32,377 nt of DNA from an uncultured Eggerthellaceae bacterium (GCA_964642255.1 CAZXOF010000002.1:1-32377), one strand, 5' to 3'; shown: positions 16,086-25,769, numbered from the stretch's first letter. Numbers and translations are program-made. Notes: generated from the sequence alone by a model not told the origin.

Positions 16086-17666
16086 CTATAGATCAATCTC
16101 TTCCACATCAAGACGCGGAAACAGCGGATCACCCGCTTCAACGTCATTTCCTGCCGGCAAACTACCCCAAACACTTGCTAACTCAATATCGTCAACGGTC
16201 AAGATATCGCCAAGCGACAAACGCCGAAATACCTCGGCTGATGTATTGGGGACAAACGGTGCTAGATATAGCGCAATAATACGAATAGCCTCAAGCATGT
16301 TATACATCACTGCCGCAAGTTCACCATCTGAATCCTCAGTCTTTGCAAGCTTCCATGGCTCGGTTTCTTCGACATACAGGTTGACTCGACTTGCAAGCGA
16401 GTGAACCGCCGCTGCAGCGCCCTTAAAATCCGCACGAGTCATGCACGTATCATATGTTGCGTACAGACCTTCAGCGACTTCGCGCAACGGGTTGTTCATA
16501 ACCGCCTGCGCATCACATGGCACAACAGGAACCCGAGCGTTGCAATACTTTGCCACCATATTGAACACGCGATTTACCAAATTACCCCAAGTGTTTGCAA
16601 GATCAGCATTGTAAACTTGCACCATGCGCTCCATAGAGATTGACCCATCGGCACCAAACTCCATATCGGTCATGAAGTAGTAGCGATATGCATCGACACC
16701 AAAAATATCCACAAGATCTGCCGGAGAAAGAGCGTTGCCCTTTGACTTCGACATCTTTTCTCCCTTGGTAAGTAGAAAGCCATGACCAAACACCGTATGC
16801 ACAATCGGCAGCTTTGCCGCCATAAGCATTGCCGGCCAGATAACGCAGTGGAAGCGAATGATATCTTTGCCAACAAAGTGATACTGCATGGGCCAGCGTT
16901 TATCAAATTCGCCAGGACGACTCTCATCAGCATAGCCTATACCCGTAATATAGGCGAGCAATGCATCGGCCCACACATAACATACGTGCCCCTCATCAAA
17001 AGGAAGCGGAATACCCCAGTCAAAGGTAGAGCGCGAGATTGATAAATCCTTAAGCCCACTCTTTACAAACGAAACAACCTCATTACGTCGGGTCTCTGGC
17101 CGAATAAAATCGGGGTGCTCATCGTAATAAGCAAGAAGTCGATCTTGAAATTCGGAGAGCTTAAAAAACCAGTTCTCTTCGCCACTTGACTGCTGCACAG
17201 GACGCTTACACTCGGGGCAAATAAAAGTCCCGCTCTCATCTTGCTCAAGGTCACTTTCGGCATAATACGTTTCCTCATGCACGCAGTACCAGCCCTCATA
17301 CGAGCCTTTATAAAGATAACCTTTCTCATACAAGTCATTCCAAAACCGCTGCACCGTAGTAGCCTGACGTTGTTCTGTCGTGCGTACAAAATCGGTATAA
17401 GAGATGTCCAGCATCTTCCATGCGTCCTTAAAGGCAGGCACAAGTGAATCGCACCATGCTTGGGGTGTTGTGTCGTGCAAGGCAGCTGTTTCGGCAATCT
17501 TTTGCCCATGCTCGTCAAGGCCAGTGATGAAAGCAACGTCATAACCATTCATACGCTCATAGCGAGCAAGTGTATCAGCAGCAATGGTGCAATACGCCGT
17601 TCCAAGGTGCGGAGCGGCATTCACATAATAAATAGGCGTAGTAATAGAATACGATGGTTTGCGCAT
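16086..17666 (-). CDS. metG: Methionine--tRNA ligase (short form without the C-terminal tRNA-binding domain)
   Basis: MRKPSYSITTPIYYVNAAPHLGTAY (HIGH-type), the zinc knuckle CPECKRP, and KMSKS are all present. The ATG at 17666 follows GGAAGGAG. The track start at 17753 adds 29 non-conserved residues. Confidence 0.93.
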   Translation of the reverse strand: MRKPSYSITTPIYYVNAAPHLGTAYCTIAADTLARYERMNGYDVAFITGLDEHGQKIAETAALHDTTPQAWCDSLVPAFKDAWKMLDISYTDFVRTTEQRQATTVQRFWNDLYEKGYLYKGSYEGWYCVHEETYYAESDLEQDESGTFICPECKRPVQQSSGEENWFFKLSEFQDRLLAYYDEHPDFIRPETRRNEVVSFVKSGLKDLSISRSTFDWGIPLPFDEGHVCYVWADALLAYITGIGYADESRPGEFDKRWPMQYHFVGKDIIRFHCVIWPAMLMAAKLPIVHTVFGHGFLLTKGEKMSKSKGNALSPADLVDIFGVDAYRYYFMTDMEFGADGSISMERMVQVYNADLANTWGNLVNRVFNMVAKYCNARVPVVPCDAQAVMNNPLREVAEGLYATYDTCMTRADFKGAAAAVHSLASRVNLYVEETEPWKLAKTEDSDGELAAVMYNMLEAIRIIALYLAPFVPNTSAEVFRRLSLGDILTVDDIELASVWGSLPAGNDVEAGDPLFPRLDVEEIDL

Positions 17667-17787
17667 GAAATCGGATGCTCCTTCCGATGGGTAGGCTATG
17701 AGCTCAAGCGTAAATCGCATTGCACGTTTGTATAGTGCGTGCGATCTCATCACAGCCTATGCCGTAGCGTGTCTATTGAATCGTTTT

Positions 17788-17815
17788 ATTGTACGCACAG
17801 CACAGCACGGCGCAA
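17788..17815 (-). promoter_or_regulatory. Candidate metG promoter TTGCGC-16-TACAAT
   Basis: On the minus strand the -35 ttgcgc is at 17815-17810 and the -10 tacaat at 17793-17788. This predicts a leader of ~115 nt. Confidence 0.4.
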
Positions 17816-17947
17816 GACCTTATGAATTGTTTGTCCCTTGACCTTCATTGTGCTACGATGCCTCTGCTTAATTGCTTGGGAACTTTTAGAAGCATGACAC
17901 TTTGATGTATATGGTTCACGTCCCCTAAGCAGCAATCAAAATAAAAT

Positions 17948-18022
17948 GGGCGATTGGCGCAGCGGGAGCGCAGGTCCCTTACAAGGACAAGGTCGGGGGT
18001 TCAAATCCCTCATCGCCCACCA
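17948..18022 (+). tRNA. tRNA-Val (anticodon TAC), CCA encoded
   Basis: Hand-folded cloverleaf: acceptor GGGCGAT/ATCGCCC, D-arm GCGC-AGCGGGA-GCGC, anticodon arm GGTCC-CTTACAA-GGACA (one G27:A43 mismatch), variable AGGTC, T-arm GGGGG-TTCAAAT-CCCTC, discriminator A plus CCA. It closely resembles E. coli tRNA-Val(UAC). Confidence 0.9.
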
Positions 18023-18038
18023 TCTTTTACCTGAAGTC

Positions 18039-18677
18039 TTAAGTGCTGTTTTCACAATAGTCGAATGCGCGAATTGGCATTTTGCGTAAAGCGCGCAATA
18101 GCGGCATTCCTAACGCATACAACACTGCAGCTTCCCCAATCCCTGTTGCAACAAGGCCAAAGAGATACATGGGTACATAAATGCCATCCAACGAAATCGA
18201 CGTAAACGGGATGGTATACCACCCAATACCTTGTAGCATGAGCGGCAAATACGCCGGCACAATGAGTGCGTTTGCCACAACAAAACCTGCAAGAGCAAGA
18301 GCGGGACGGCTACGAAATCTCCAACACCACAGCGCACCCACAAGTGTTGCCGTGCTACCAAACACCACGTCAAGTAAGCCCAGCACACCGGTACCGTTAA
18401 GAGCGATTGACACAAGATTTGCAAGGGCACATCCTATCGTCAGTCCCGGAATGGCAGCGGGGGTAAACACGGCAAGCACACACGACGCCTCTGATATACG
18501 AAACTGAATTGGCCCCCAAGCTAAACCTTGTAGCAAGATCAGGGCAACACATGTCAATGCCGTATAGAGTGCTGCAATAAGCCCCGCTTGCGCAACATAG
18601 GACGTATGTATTCGAGCTGAAGAAGTACGACTGTGTTTAGGTACAACAGATGCTGTAGATGTATCGCTGTTTTTCAT
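18039..18677 (-). CDS. queT: QueT-family queuosine-precursor transporter (ECF S-component-like membrane protein)
   Basis: AQAGLIAALYTALTCVALILLQGLAWGPIQFRISEASCVLAVFTPAAIPGLTIGCALANL matches the conserved QueT (COG4708) core GPIQFR(I/V)SE. About 5-6 TM segments are present. The ATG at 18677 follows GGAGACAGGAA. The stop lies only 16 nt from the 3' end of the convergent tRNA-Val. Confidence 0.8.
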   Translation of the reverse strand: MKNSDTSTASVVPKHSRTSSARIHTSYVAQAGLIAALYTALTCVALILLQGLAWGPIQFRISEASCVLAVFTPAAIPGLTIGCALANLVSIALNGTGVLGLLDVVFGSTATLVGALWCWRFRSRPALALAGFVVANALIVPAYLPLMLQGIGWYTIPFTSISLDGIYVPMYLFGLVATGIGEAAVLYALGMPLLRALRKMPIRAFDYCENST

Positions 18678-18910
18678 GGAATATTCCTGTCTCCGCACGA
18701 CCAATATAGCGGCAAGAACGCATCGAGGAATGCTGCATTATGTGATAACGCAGAAGGATTTTCGATGCCACACGCCAAAATCTGTCGCGGGCTATGGGCA
18801 ACTTATAAGTCGCACGCACAGGGCCCATCGGTGCACGTGCGAAGCCATTGTTGACGCATAATGTCTACCCTCAATGGCCACAAAGCAGTATAACACCTAC
18901 CTCTTATAAC

Positions 18911-18944
18911 AAGAAGCAGGGCTCAAAGTCAAACCCTGCTTCTT
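18911..18944 (-). terminator. Strong hairpin downstream of rpsA (11-bp perfect stem)
   Basis: aagaagcaggg (18911-18921) pairs with ccctgcttctt (18934-18944) around a 12-nt loop. On the minus strand the stem ends in CUUCUUGUU. It lies ~140 nt after the rpsA stop. Confidence 0.6.
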
Positions 18945-19086
18945 GTATTACAAAGCTTATATTGCTCTTATGGCGCCTACAGTCTATATACGCCCCGTAT
19001 GCTATAGTCATACAGAGGTGTCAGTTTGTCTTACGATATGCTGCGACTATCTCGCAATATATATCAACCTAGCTTACAAACCAGTC

Positions 19087-20436
19087 TCATTCTGCGGCAG
19101 AAGCTACCTCACCACCAACATCACCTTCGGCAGAACCCGTAGTCTCAGCGTCAGTCTGTATAGCAACCTTGTCTGTAGATGAAGCATCCTGAGATGCATT
19201 GTCTTCGCTCTCTACAGCTGCATTCTCGGATGACTCATCAATTTTATCATTGTGATCACGGCTACTTTTCTTAGCATTGCGCACAGAACGCTCATCTACC
19301 TGAATGCTTTCGTCAATGGCGATTTCAATTCCAAGTTCTTCGGCAGCAGCCTTCATTGACAGAGATACCCGACGACGATCCAGATTCACTTCCATGATTT
19401 TCACCTTGACGGTCTCACCAGCCTTGGTGACCTGAGTTGGGGTATCAATGTGACGCATGGCCATCTCGGAGATATGAATTAAACCCTCAACACCGGGGCA
19501 CAACTCAACAAAGGCGCCAAACGGAACAACCTTTGTTACGCGACCATCAATAATGGAGCCAACCGGGAATTGCTCAACAAGTTTGATCCATGGATCAGGT
19601 GTGGTCTGCTTAAGACCAAGAGAGATGCGCTCACGCTGGGTATCCACATCAAGGACTTCAACTTCAACCTCTTCACCAACCTTGACAACCTCGGAAGGAT
19701 GATTGACATGATTCCATGACAGCTCAGAAATATGCACCAAACCATCAATGCCACCAAGATCAACAAAGGCACCAAAATCAACAATGGAAGAAACCGCACC
19801 CTTAAAACGCATACCTTTCGAAAGTTTGCTAAGGATCTCGGCACGCTCATTCTTGCGACCTTCTTCAAGCAATACGCGACGAGACAGCACCACATTGTTG
19901 CGATTGCGATCCATCTCAATAACACGAGCCTCAAGTTCGGTACCCAGATAGGTATCAAGGTCTTTAACGCGACGCAGATCAACAAGAGATGCCGGCAAAA
20001 AGCCACGCAGGCCAATGTCGAGAATCAGACCGCCCTTGACAACCTCAATAACCTCACCAGCAACACTTTGTCCGGCCTTAAACTGTTCTTCAACACGCTT
20101 CCACGCACGCTCGTATTCTGCACGCTTCTTAGAAAGAATAAGGCGGCCATCCTTGTCCTCTTTTTGGAGTACAAGCGCCTCAATCCGCTCACCTAACTCA
20201 ACTATTTCGGAAGGATCGGCATCTTTGCGAATCGACAACTCGCGAGACGGAATAACGCCTTCGCTTTTGAAACCGATGTCAACTAAGACTTCGTCACGCT
20301 CAATCTTTACGATTGTGCCATCAACAAGGTCTCCCTCGTCAAACTCGGTGAGCGTTCCGTCGATCATCTCGTTCATCTGTTCATCAGAGATGTCAGAGAA
20401 ATCGATCACAGAAGTGTTTTTGATTTCAGTCAACAC
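19087..20436 (-). CDS. rpsA: 30S ribosomal protein S1 (four S1 domains plus an acidic C-terminal tail)
   Basis: GDLVDGTIVKIERDEVLVDIGFKSEGVIPSRELS, GQSVAGEVIEVVKGGLILDIG, GMRFKGAVSSIVDFGAFVDLGGIDGLVHISELS and GSIIDGRVTKVVPFGAFVEL are repeated S1 motifs. The track start is the GTG at 20436 (the TTG at 20433 is also possible), with aaagggg just upstream. Confidence 0.93.
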   Translation of the reverse strand: MLTEIKNTSVIDFSDISDEQMNEMIDGTLTEFDEGDLVDGTIVKIERDEVLVDIGFKSEGVIPSRELSIRKDADPSEIVELGERIEALVLQKEDKDGRLILSKKRAEYERAWKRVEEQFKAGQSVAGEVIEVVKGGLILDIGLRGFLPASLVDLRRVKDLDTYLGTELEARVIEMDRNRNNVVLSRRVLLEEGRKNERAEILSKLSKGMRFKGAVSSIVDFGAFVDLGGIDGLVHISELSWNHVNHPSEVVKVGEEVEVEVLDVDTQRERISLGLKQTTPDPWIKLVEQFPVGSIIDGRVTKVVPFGAFVELCPGVEGLIHISEMAMRHIDTPTQVTKAGETVKVKIMEVNLDRRRVSLSMKAAAEELGIEIAIDESIQVDERSVRNAKKSSRDHNDKIDESSENAAVESEDNASQDASSTDKVAIQTDAETTGSAEGDVGGEVASAAE

Positions 20437-20594
20437 GGACCCCTTTCAAACAACAGGGACCCTTCGCCATGATTGATCGCTGACAGTAACCATGTTCGTC
20501 GTGCGAGCGGGTGTCCACTGCGCGCGCCGCCGCGCCAAACATGTCTCGGGGGCCTATACGGTTTTTCTGTGCAATCCTCTCGCACAATCGGTGA

Positions 20595-20603
20595 AGTATA
20601 TCA
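20595..20603 (-). promoter_or_regulatory. Candidate extended -10 element TGATATACT upstream of rpsA
   Basis: The minus-strand sequence is tgatatact (plus agtatatca, 20595-20603). No good -35 is present. It would give a ~150-nt GC-rich leader. Confidence 0.3.
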
Positions 20604-20710
20604 CGTACAACAAGACGCCTCGGCGGCATTTTGAGGTGTCCGAAAAGTCTCCTGAACGCAAGTCGTACGGCGGGGTTCACCCCCTTCTTGCCGAATAAGC
20701 CACCAAATTA

Positions 20711-21439
20711 CTAAGCTGGCTTATATACGTGCATAACACAGGCGTAAAAACAGAGCTGCTCACTGCTTGGCGCCGTAGGAGCTGTCTGCCCACGTTGAGC
20801 ATCGTCGGCAGCACTTACCTCATGCATCTCGAAATACTGTGGTAGTGCAAAACCAAGTGCTCTAAGCAGTGCCTCTATATCTTCTTGCGCCGGCGCCGCT
20901 TGAATACCATTACCTAAAGCACGAGCCCACTGTACAACACACGCATCACGCTTGCCGTCAGCTAAAACGGTCTCATTAACTAACAGCCCGCCCGGTTTAA
21001 GCACACGAAAAATCTCACGATATGTCATCTCAGGACAATACGCCAAATGCAGCGAGCAATTTGCAAAGACCATATCAACTGATTCGTCTACAAGATTGGC
21101 CATGCGCAAATCTTCTGGATGAGCGACATACAACTCAACTGCTCCTTCTACAAGCGCTCCACTACGCTGAGTCTGTATAATTAGGCGGCGTGCCTCATTA
21201 ATAAAGGATGCAGTCCAGTCGATACCAATGACGCGCCCACCTTCTCCTACCCGATCAGCAAGTTTGACAACCCCTTTACCTCGTCGACACCCAATATCAA
21301 GTACTGTCTTACCTGCTAGATCATTGGGAAGTGTCATTTTGCACAAGCTGGCAAAACTATGCTCGAACACAGCCTTTTCATAATACGCAGTACGCGCCGC
21401 TATATCGACCACATCCGCTGCATGTGTCGCACCATTCAT
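20711..21439 (-). CDS. Class I SAM-dependent methyltransferase (Methyltransf_11/25-like; substrate unknown)
   Basis: Motif I is TVLDIGCRRGKGV, post-I is GRVIGIDWT, and VDMVFANCSLHL...LKPGGLLV is also present. GAGGATAGG lies upstream of the ATG at 21439. Confidence 0.8.
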   Translation of the reverse strand: MNGATHAADVVDIAARTAYYEKAVFEHSFASLCKMTLPNDLAGKTVLDIGCRRGKGVVKLADRVGEGGRVIGIDWTASFINEARRLIIQTQRSGALVEGAVELYVAHPEDLRMANLVDESVDMVFANCSLHLAYCPEMTYREIFRVLKPGGLLVNETVLADGKRDACVVQWARALGNGIQAAPAQEDIEALLRALGFALPQYFEMHEVSAADDAQRGQTAPTAPSSEQLCFYACVMHVYKPA

Positions 21440-21466
21440 ATCGGCCTATCCTCGATCACATTGCCC

Positions 21467-21496
21467 CTATATCGCCGCAGATTCAGGCAATGTCAA
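21467..21496 (-). promoter_or_regulatory. Candidate promoter TTGACA-17/18-GATATA/ATATAG for the methyltransferase gene
   Basis: On the minus strand ttgaca is at 21496-21491, with gatata at 21473-21468 (or atatag at 21472-21467). It lies about 30 nt upstream of the ATG. Confidence 0.4.
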
Positions 21497-21614
21497 AAAC
21501 ACTTGGGCTAACCTTCATGGGACGATCTGTATGCTTCATCGCCCAAGACAGTACAATACAGACAGGACAGTTCGCTCAACATGCTGATTGTTGGACTATT
21601 TTGCTTCGCACACA

Positions 21615-24191
21615 TTAGCTTGAAGTATTTTTGGGCTCATCATTTGGCACAATCTTATCAGTCTTATTGGCCTTATCAGTCTTATCGGAGGCATCTGTAT
21701 CTGTAACTGCTGCTACAGTATCTTCTTCATTGATATGAGCACGAAATGCTTTTAACTGCGGATCGTTCGGCAGATACCCCAAGAAGCACCGTTGTATCTC
21801 GTCGCCATACTTCACCGCCAGCTTCGCGTATTTCTTCTCACGTGTCTTCCACATTGCATACAGCGGCGTTGCTACCGAAATGGTCGAGTACGCACCACAT
21901 ACTAAACCAACCGTCATAGCGAAGGCGAAATCTCGCAGCGTTTCACCACCAAAAAGTAGCATTGCCACAACCGGAATAAGTGCTGAAAGCGAAGTGTTGA
22001 TCGAGCGAATAATAACTTGATTGACCGAGCGGTTTGCCATAGTCATGAAAGTACAGTTCGAAGAAGACGCCTTCATATTCTCGTTGATACGGTGGAACAC
22101 AACTACCTTGTCGTACAGCGAGAAGCCCAAAATAGTGAGCAACGCTGCAACCGCATTCGGGGTAACTTCTCGACCAAACAACGCATATAGTCCTACAACA
22201 ATAATAATGTCGTGGATAAGCGCCGCAATGGCCGTAATGCCCATTTTGTATTCGAAGCGAATTGCGATATAGATGATGATCAGAACAAAAGACACGATAA
22301 GCGCAATAACTGACGACTGCACGATACTGGTACCCCAACTGGGCTGAATCGTTTCTACCTGATACGAATCGCTTGTCCACTCAAACACGCTTGCAACTTC
22401 ATTTGCAAGAGTAGTTGCTGTTGAAGCATCAGATTCGGTTGTGCGCACAATAAAGCCATTTGCCTCATCGGATGTTGTTGTTTGTATAACCGCATCTTCT
22501 TCGCCGAAGTCGGTAAAGGCTTCACGAATTTCCTCAATTGTTACGTCACCCGTATCGTTAAAGGTTATTGATGTGCCGCCCTGAAACTCGATACCAAAAC
22601 TTAAGCCTCGAATACCCACGATGGCAAAGGCTGCAACAATCATACATCCCGCAATGATGAGGAAGGTTTTGCGATGTCCCAAAAAGTTAATATCGCGCTT
22701 AATGAAGCGACCTCTCGGCTTTTCGGGTAGCGTACCAGCCTTTTGTTGTTCGACAAGCTCTTGACAATCTTTGATATTCCACAATGACGGATTTTTAGCG
22801 ATAGTACGCGGTGCTAACAATCTGATAAGCGGCATCATAAGGATAAACATCGCAACGATGTTGCAGGCAACACCAAGAGCAAGTGTGAGACCAAAGCCAC
22901 GAACTGACGATGACGCAAGGAAGAACAGGGCAAGCGCCGAAACAAGCGTAACGACATCAGCGTCAATCGCTGTAAAGATACCGTGCTTCACGCCATCAAG
23001 AGAAGCCGCCCTGATACTTCTGCCCATACGAATTTCCTCGCGAAAACGCTCGAGCACAAGAATAGAAGCGTCGGCCGCCATGCCAATAGTCAACACAATG
23101 CCTGCAATACCCGCCAAAGACAGGCTAAACAAATTGAACTGTGACAGAAGCGCCAACAGACCAAGGTAGAATACACCAAACACAAGCATCATAATGGCAG
23201 CAATAAAACCCAAGCCGCCATAGAAGGCGAACAGATACAGCAAGACAATAATCAAGCCAATTACCGCCACAATTACACCAGCAGCAAGTGCATCTTGTCC
23301 CAGTGTGGGACCAACAACCTGGCTTTGAATGTATTCAAAACTAACAGGTAGTGAACCACTTTCAAGCACCGTCATCATCGTGCGTGCTTCTTCGAGTGTA
23401 TAGTCACCTGTGATGGAAATATTGCCATCAGAAATCACCGACTGTACGGTGGGTGCCGATTGCACTTCTCCATCAAGAATGATGACAATCTGACCACTAG
23501 AATCTGCCAGATCGGCTGTAGCCTCGGCAAAAGCAGCCGTTCCTTCCTCATCAAGCGTAATGTTGACGGCATAATAACTTGACGTTGTAGATACACGACT
23601 AATCGAAACATCAGTAATGTTCGAGCCAGTAATAAGCGGTGTATACGTACCTTCTTCAACGGTGACCGTATATGTTGTGCCCAGTGGGAAGGCATTACCA
23701 AAGTCATCGTAGTAATAGGTTTCTTGCATGTAGTAGCCATACTCAATTGCAGTCACTACATCGTCATCAGTAAACGAGTCAAGACGCGCAAATACAAGAG
23801 AACCCGTGCGACCAATAGCTTCAAGCGCTTCTTCGGCATCAGAAATGCCAGGAATCTGTACAAGAATTTGATTGCTTCCTTGCAACTGCACCGTTGCCTC
23901 TGACGCACCAAGAGCATTCACGCGTTGCTCAATAATGTCGCGTGATGACTCCATATCTTCACTTGAAATCTCACTACCATCGGTACTTGTTGCTTCTAGC
24001 ACTACCGACAAGCCACCTTGCAAATCAAGGCCTAGGTTAATTTTGTCTTGCAACGGTGTAAATGCAATCACCGATACGATGACCAACACTATCGATACAA
24101 TCAGAAGCCGAATATTGCGACGATCACCGCTATACCTCGTGTTTTTCGTTTTCTTTGTTGTTGTCAATCGAGAGGTGCTCTTCGATGCCAT
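21615..24191 (-). CDS. secDF: Fused protein-export membrane protein SecDF
   Basis: The SecD half contains LGLDLQGGLSVVLEA and the periplasmic P1 domain. The SecF half contains GIEFQGGTSITF and a second 6-TM bundle. It is a single 858-aa ORF with a lysine-rich N-terminus and a DK-rich C-terminal tail. Confidence 0.93.
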   Translation of the reverse strand: MASKSTSRLTTTKKTKNTRYSGDRRNIRLLIVSIVLVIVSVIAFTPLQDKINLGLDLQGGLSVVLEATSTDGSEISSEDMESSRDIIEQRVNALGASEATVQLQGSNQILVQIPGISDAEEALEAIGRTGSLVFARLDSFTDDDVVTAIEYGYYMQETYYYDDFGNAFPLGTTYTVTVEEGTYTPLITGSNITDVSISRVSTTSSYYAVNITLDEEGTAAFAEATADLADSSGQIVIILDGEVQSAPTVQSVISDGNISITGDYTLEEARTMMTVLESGSLPVSFEYIQSQVVGPTLGQDALAAGVIVAVIGLIIVLLYLFAFYGGLGFIAAIMMLVFGVFYLGLLALLSQFNLFSLSLAGIAGIVLTIGMAADASILVLERFREEIRMGRSIRAASLDGVKHGIFTAIDADVVTLVSALALFFLASSSVRGFGLTLALGVACNIVAMFILMMPLIRLLAPRTIAKNPSLWNIKDCQELVEQQKAGTLPEKPRGRFIKRDINFLGHRKTFLIIAGCMIVAAFAIVGIRGLSFGIEFQGGTSITFNDTGDVTIEEIREAFTDFGEEDAVIQTTTSDEANGFIVRTTESDASTATTLANEVASVFEWTSDSYQVETIQPSWGTSIVQSSVIALIVSFVLIIIYIAIRFEYKMGITAIAALIHDIIIVVGLYALFGREVTPNAVAALLTILGFSLYDKVVVFHRINENMKASSSNCTFMTMANRSVNQVIIRSINTSLSALIPVVAMLLFGGETLRDFAFAMTVGLVCGAYSTISVATPLYAMWKTREKKYAKLAVKYGDEIQRCFLGYLPNDPQLKAFRAHINEEDTVAAVTDTDASDKTDKANKTDKIVPNDEPKNTSS
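21654..21685. repeat. Two exact copies of cttatcagtcttat with an 18-bp period inside the secDF 3' end
   Basis: The copies at 21654-21667 and 21672-21685 are identical. They encode the DKTDKANKTDK part of the SecDF tail. Confidence 0.7.
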
Positions 24192-24428
24192 AGCCTAGAT
24201 TCTTTCTTCTCTTTTGCTTGCGTGCATGTTGATTGCGCAAAACACTCTTCTTATGTTACGTGTCCGCAGCGACACAAAAGGAATGGTGCATAACTTCATA
24301 CACCCGTAACACAATCCTACAAGAGCGTCTTCCTATTTTCAGCACTAAGCAATATAGATACCGAACAACTTACCTACAATCGTGTTATTGTCCCACAAAC
24401 TATCCCATTGAGAAAAAACTTCACTTGA

Positions 24429-25769
24429 TTATTGTGCCAATTCGCGCTCCACCACCTGAGCAAGAGCATGAGCGTAGCACGCTGCTGTTTCGTAATCGAC
24501 TGTCTCAACCATAATGCGCACTACAGGCTCGGTGCCACTTGGACGTACAATTACACGACCATTGCTACCCATCTCTGCTTCTGCGGCATGCACGGCATCC
24601 CATACAGTAGTTGCGCTTTCAAGTGCATGTTTATCATCAACAGGTACGTTTACTATCACTTGGGGAAAGCGCTTCATCACACACACTGCTTCGTCCGGTG
24701 CCTTACCTGCACGCTGACAAGCAGCAAGAAATTGCAATGCAGTCATCAGTCCATCTCCTGTTGAGTTGTGCTCAAGAAAAATGAGATGGCCACTCTGCTC
24801 GCCACCGAGCACAAAGCCTCCTTCAAGCAAGGCCTCAAGTACATAGCGATCTCCCACCTGCGTCTGCACAAGCGCAATACCAGCATTCTGCATTGCATGT
24901 ACCAGTCCCAAATTGCACATGAGGGTTGACACAAGAGTATTACCTGTCAGCATTCCGCGCTCACGCAAGTCAAGTGCGCACACAGCTGCCATCATATCGC
25001 CATCAATCTCGTTGCCATGTGCATCAAGCATCATGACACGATCAGCATCACCATCATGCGCAATCCCGATATCGGCTCCACTTTGCGCAACAAGTGCGCG
25101 CAAGGGATCCAGGTGTGTCGATCCGCATGCCACATTAATGTCAAGACCGTTGAAATCATCATTGATAGCCACTACATTCGCACCAAGTCGGCGCAAAGCT
25201 TCAGCACTTGTAAGCGATGCCGAACCATGACCAGCATCAAGTGCAACGCACAGGCCATCAAAGCGTATGTTTTGACTTTCGATAGCCGCTACTGCATGAG
25301 CGATATAAAGCTCACATGCATTGTTAACTGGCACAAGTACACCAACCGCATCACCACGTGGCACATTGTCTGCCACAGCGCCTCCAGATGTCACAAAGGA
25401 TTCAATCTCGTCTTCAAGAGCATCAGACAGCTTAAAGCCCTGAGAATCGAAAATCTTGATGCCGTTATATTCAGGCGGATTATGACTTGCCGAGATCATG
25501 ATGCCACCATCGCAGTGCAACTCACGCACCAGATAGGCAACCGCTGGTGTGGGAATAATTCCTGCACACAGCACTGTTGTCCCCATTGACATAAGGCCTG
25601 CTGCCACAGCAGATTCAAGCATGTCGCTTGACAATCGCGTATCTTTTCCCACAAGAATTGTCTGACCCTGAAAATATGCAGTTGCCTGGCCAAGCTTAAA
25701 AGCAAGATCACAGCTTAGTTCGGTATTTGCAATGCCTCGCACACCGTCGGTTCCAAACAGTCTCGGCAT
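24429..25769 (-). CDS. glmM: Phosphoglucosamine mutase
   Basis: MPRLFGTDGVRGIAN, the active-site SASHNPPEYNGIK, DGDADR and GGEQSGH are all present. AAAGGGGG lies 6 nt upstream of the ATG. Confidence 0.96.
   Translation of the reverse strand: MPRLFGTDGVRGIANTELSCDLAFKLGQATAYFQGQTILVGKDTRLSSDMLESAVAAGLMSMGTTVLCAGIIPTPAVAYLVRELHCDGGIMISASHNPPEYNGIKIFDSQGFKLSDALEDEIESFVTSGGAVADNVPRGDAVGVLVPVNNACELYIAHAVAAIESQNIRFDGLCVALDAGHGSASLTSAEALRRLGANVVAINDDFNGLDINVACGSTHLDPLRALVAQSGADIGIAHDGDADRVMMLDAHGNEIDGDMMAAVCALDLRERGMLTGNTLVSTLMCNLGLVHAMQNAGIALVQTQVGDRYVLEALLEGGFVLGGEQSGHLIFLEHNSTGDGLMTALQFLAACQRAGKAPDEAVCVMKRFPQVIVNVPVDDKHALESATTVWDAVHAAEAEMGSNGRVIVRPSGTEPVVRIMVETVDYETAACYAHALAQVVERELAQ

Noticed and set aside
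17667-17947. T-box riboswitch upstream of metG
   Set aside because: I looked for the conserved T-box sequence (AANNNGGGUGGNACCGCG), a specifier-loop/AGAGA context and a terminator/antiterminator pair. None is present on the minus strand.
18678-18760. Class I preQ1 riboswitch directly upstream of queT
   Set aside because: There is no 5-bp P1 followed by the conserved C and the A-rich tail ending in CUA(A)GG. Only a generic SD-pairing helix was seen. It is kept as a low-confidence candidate for other classes in the findings.
20426-20680. 84-aa Arg-rich minus-strand ORF upstream of rpsA
   Set aside because: It overlaps the rpsA start and lies in the GC-rich leader. It has no SD, and its composition is the kind expected from translating GC-rich non-coding DNA.
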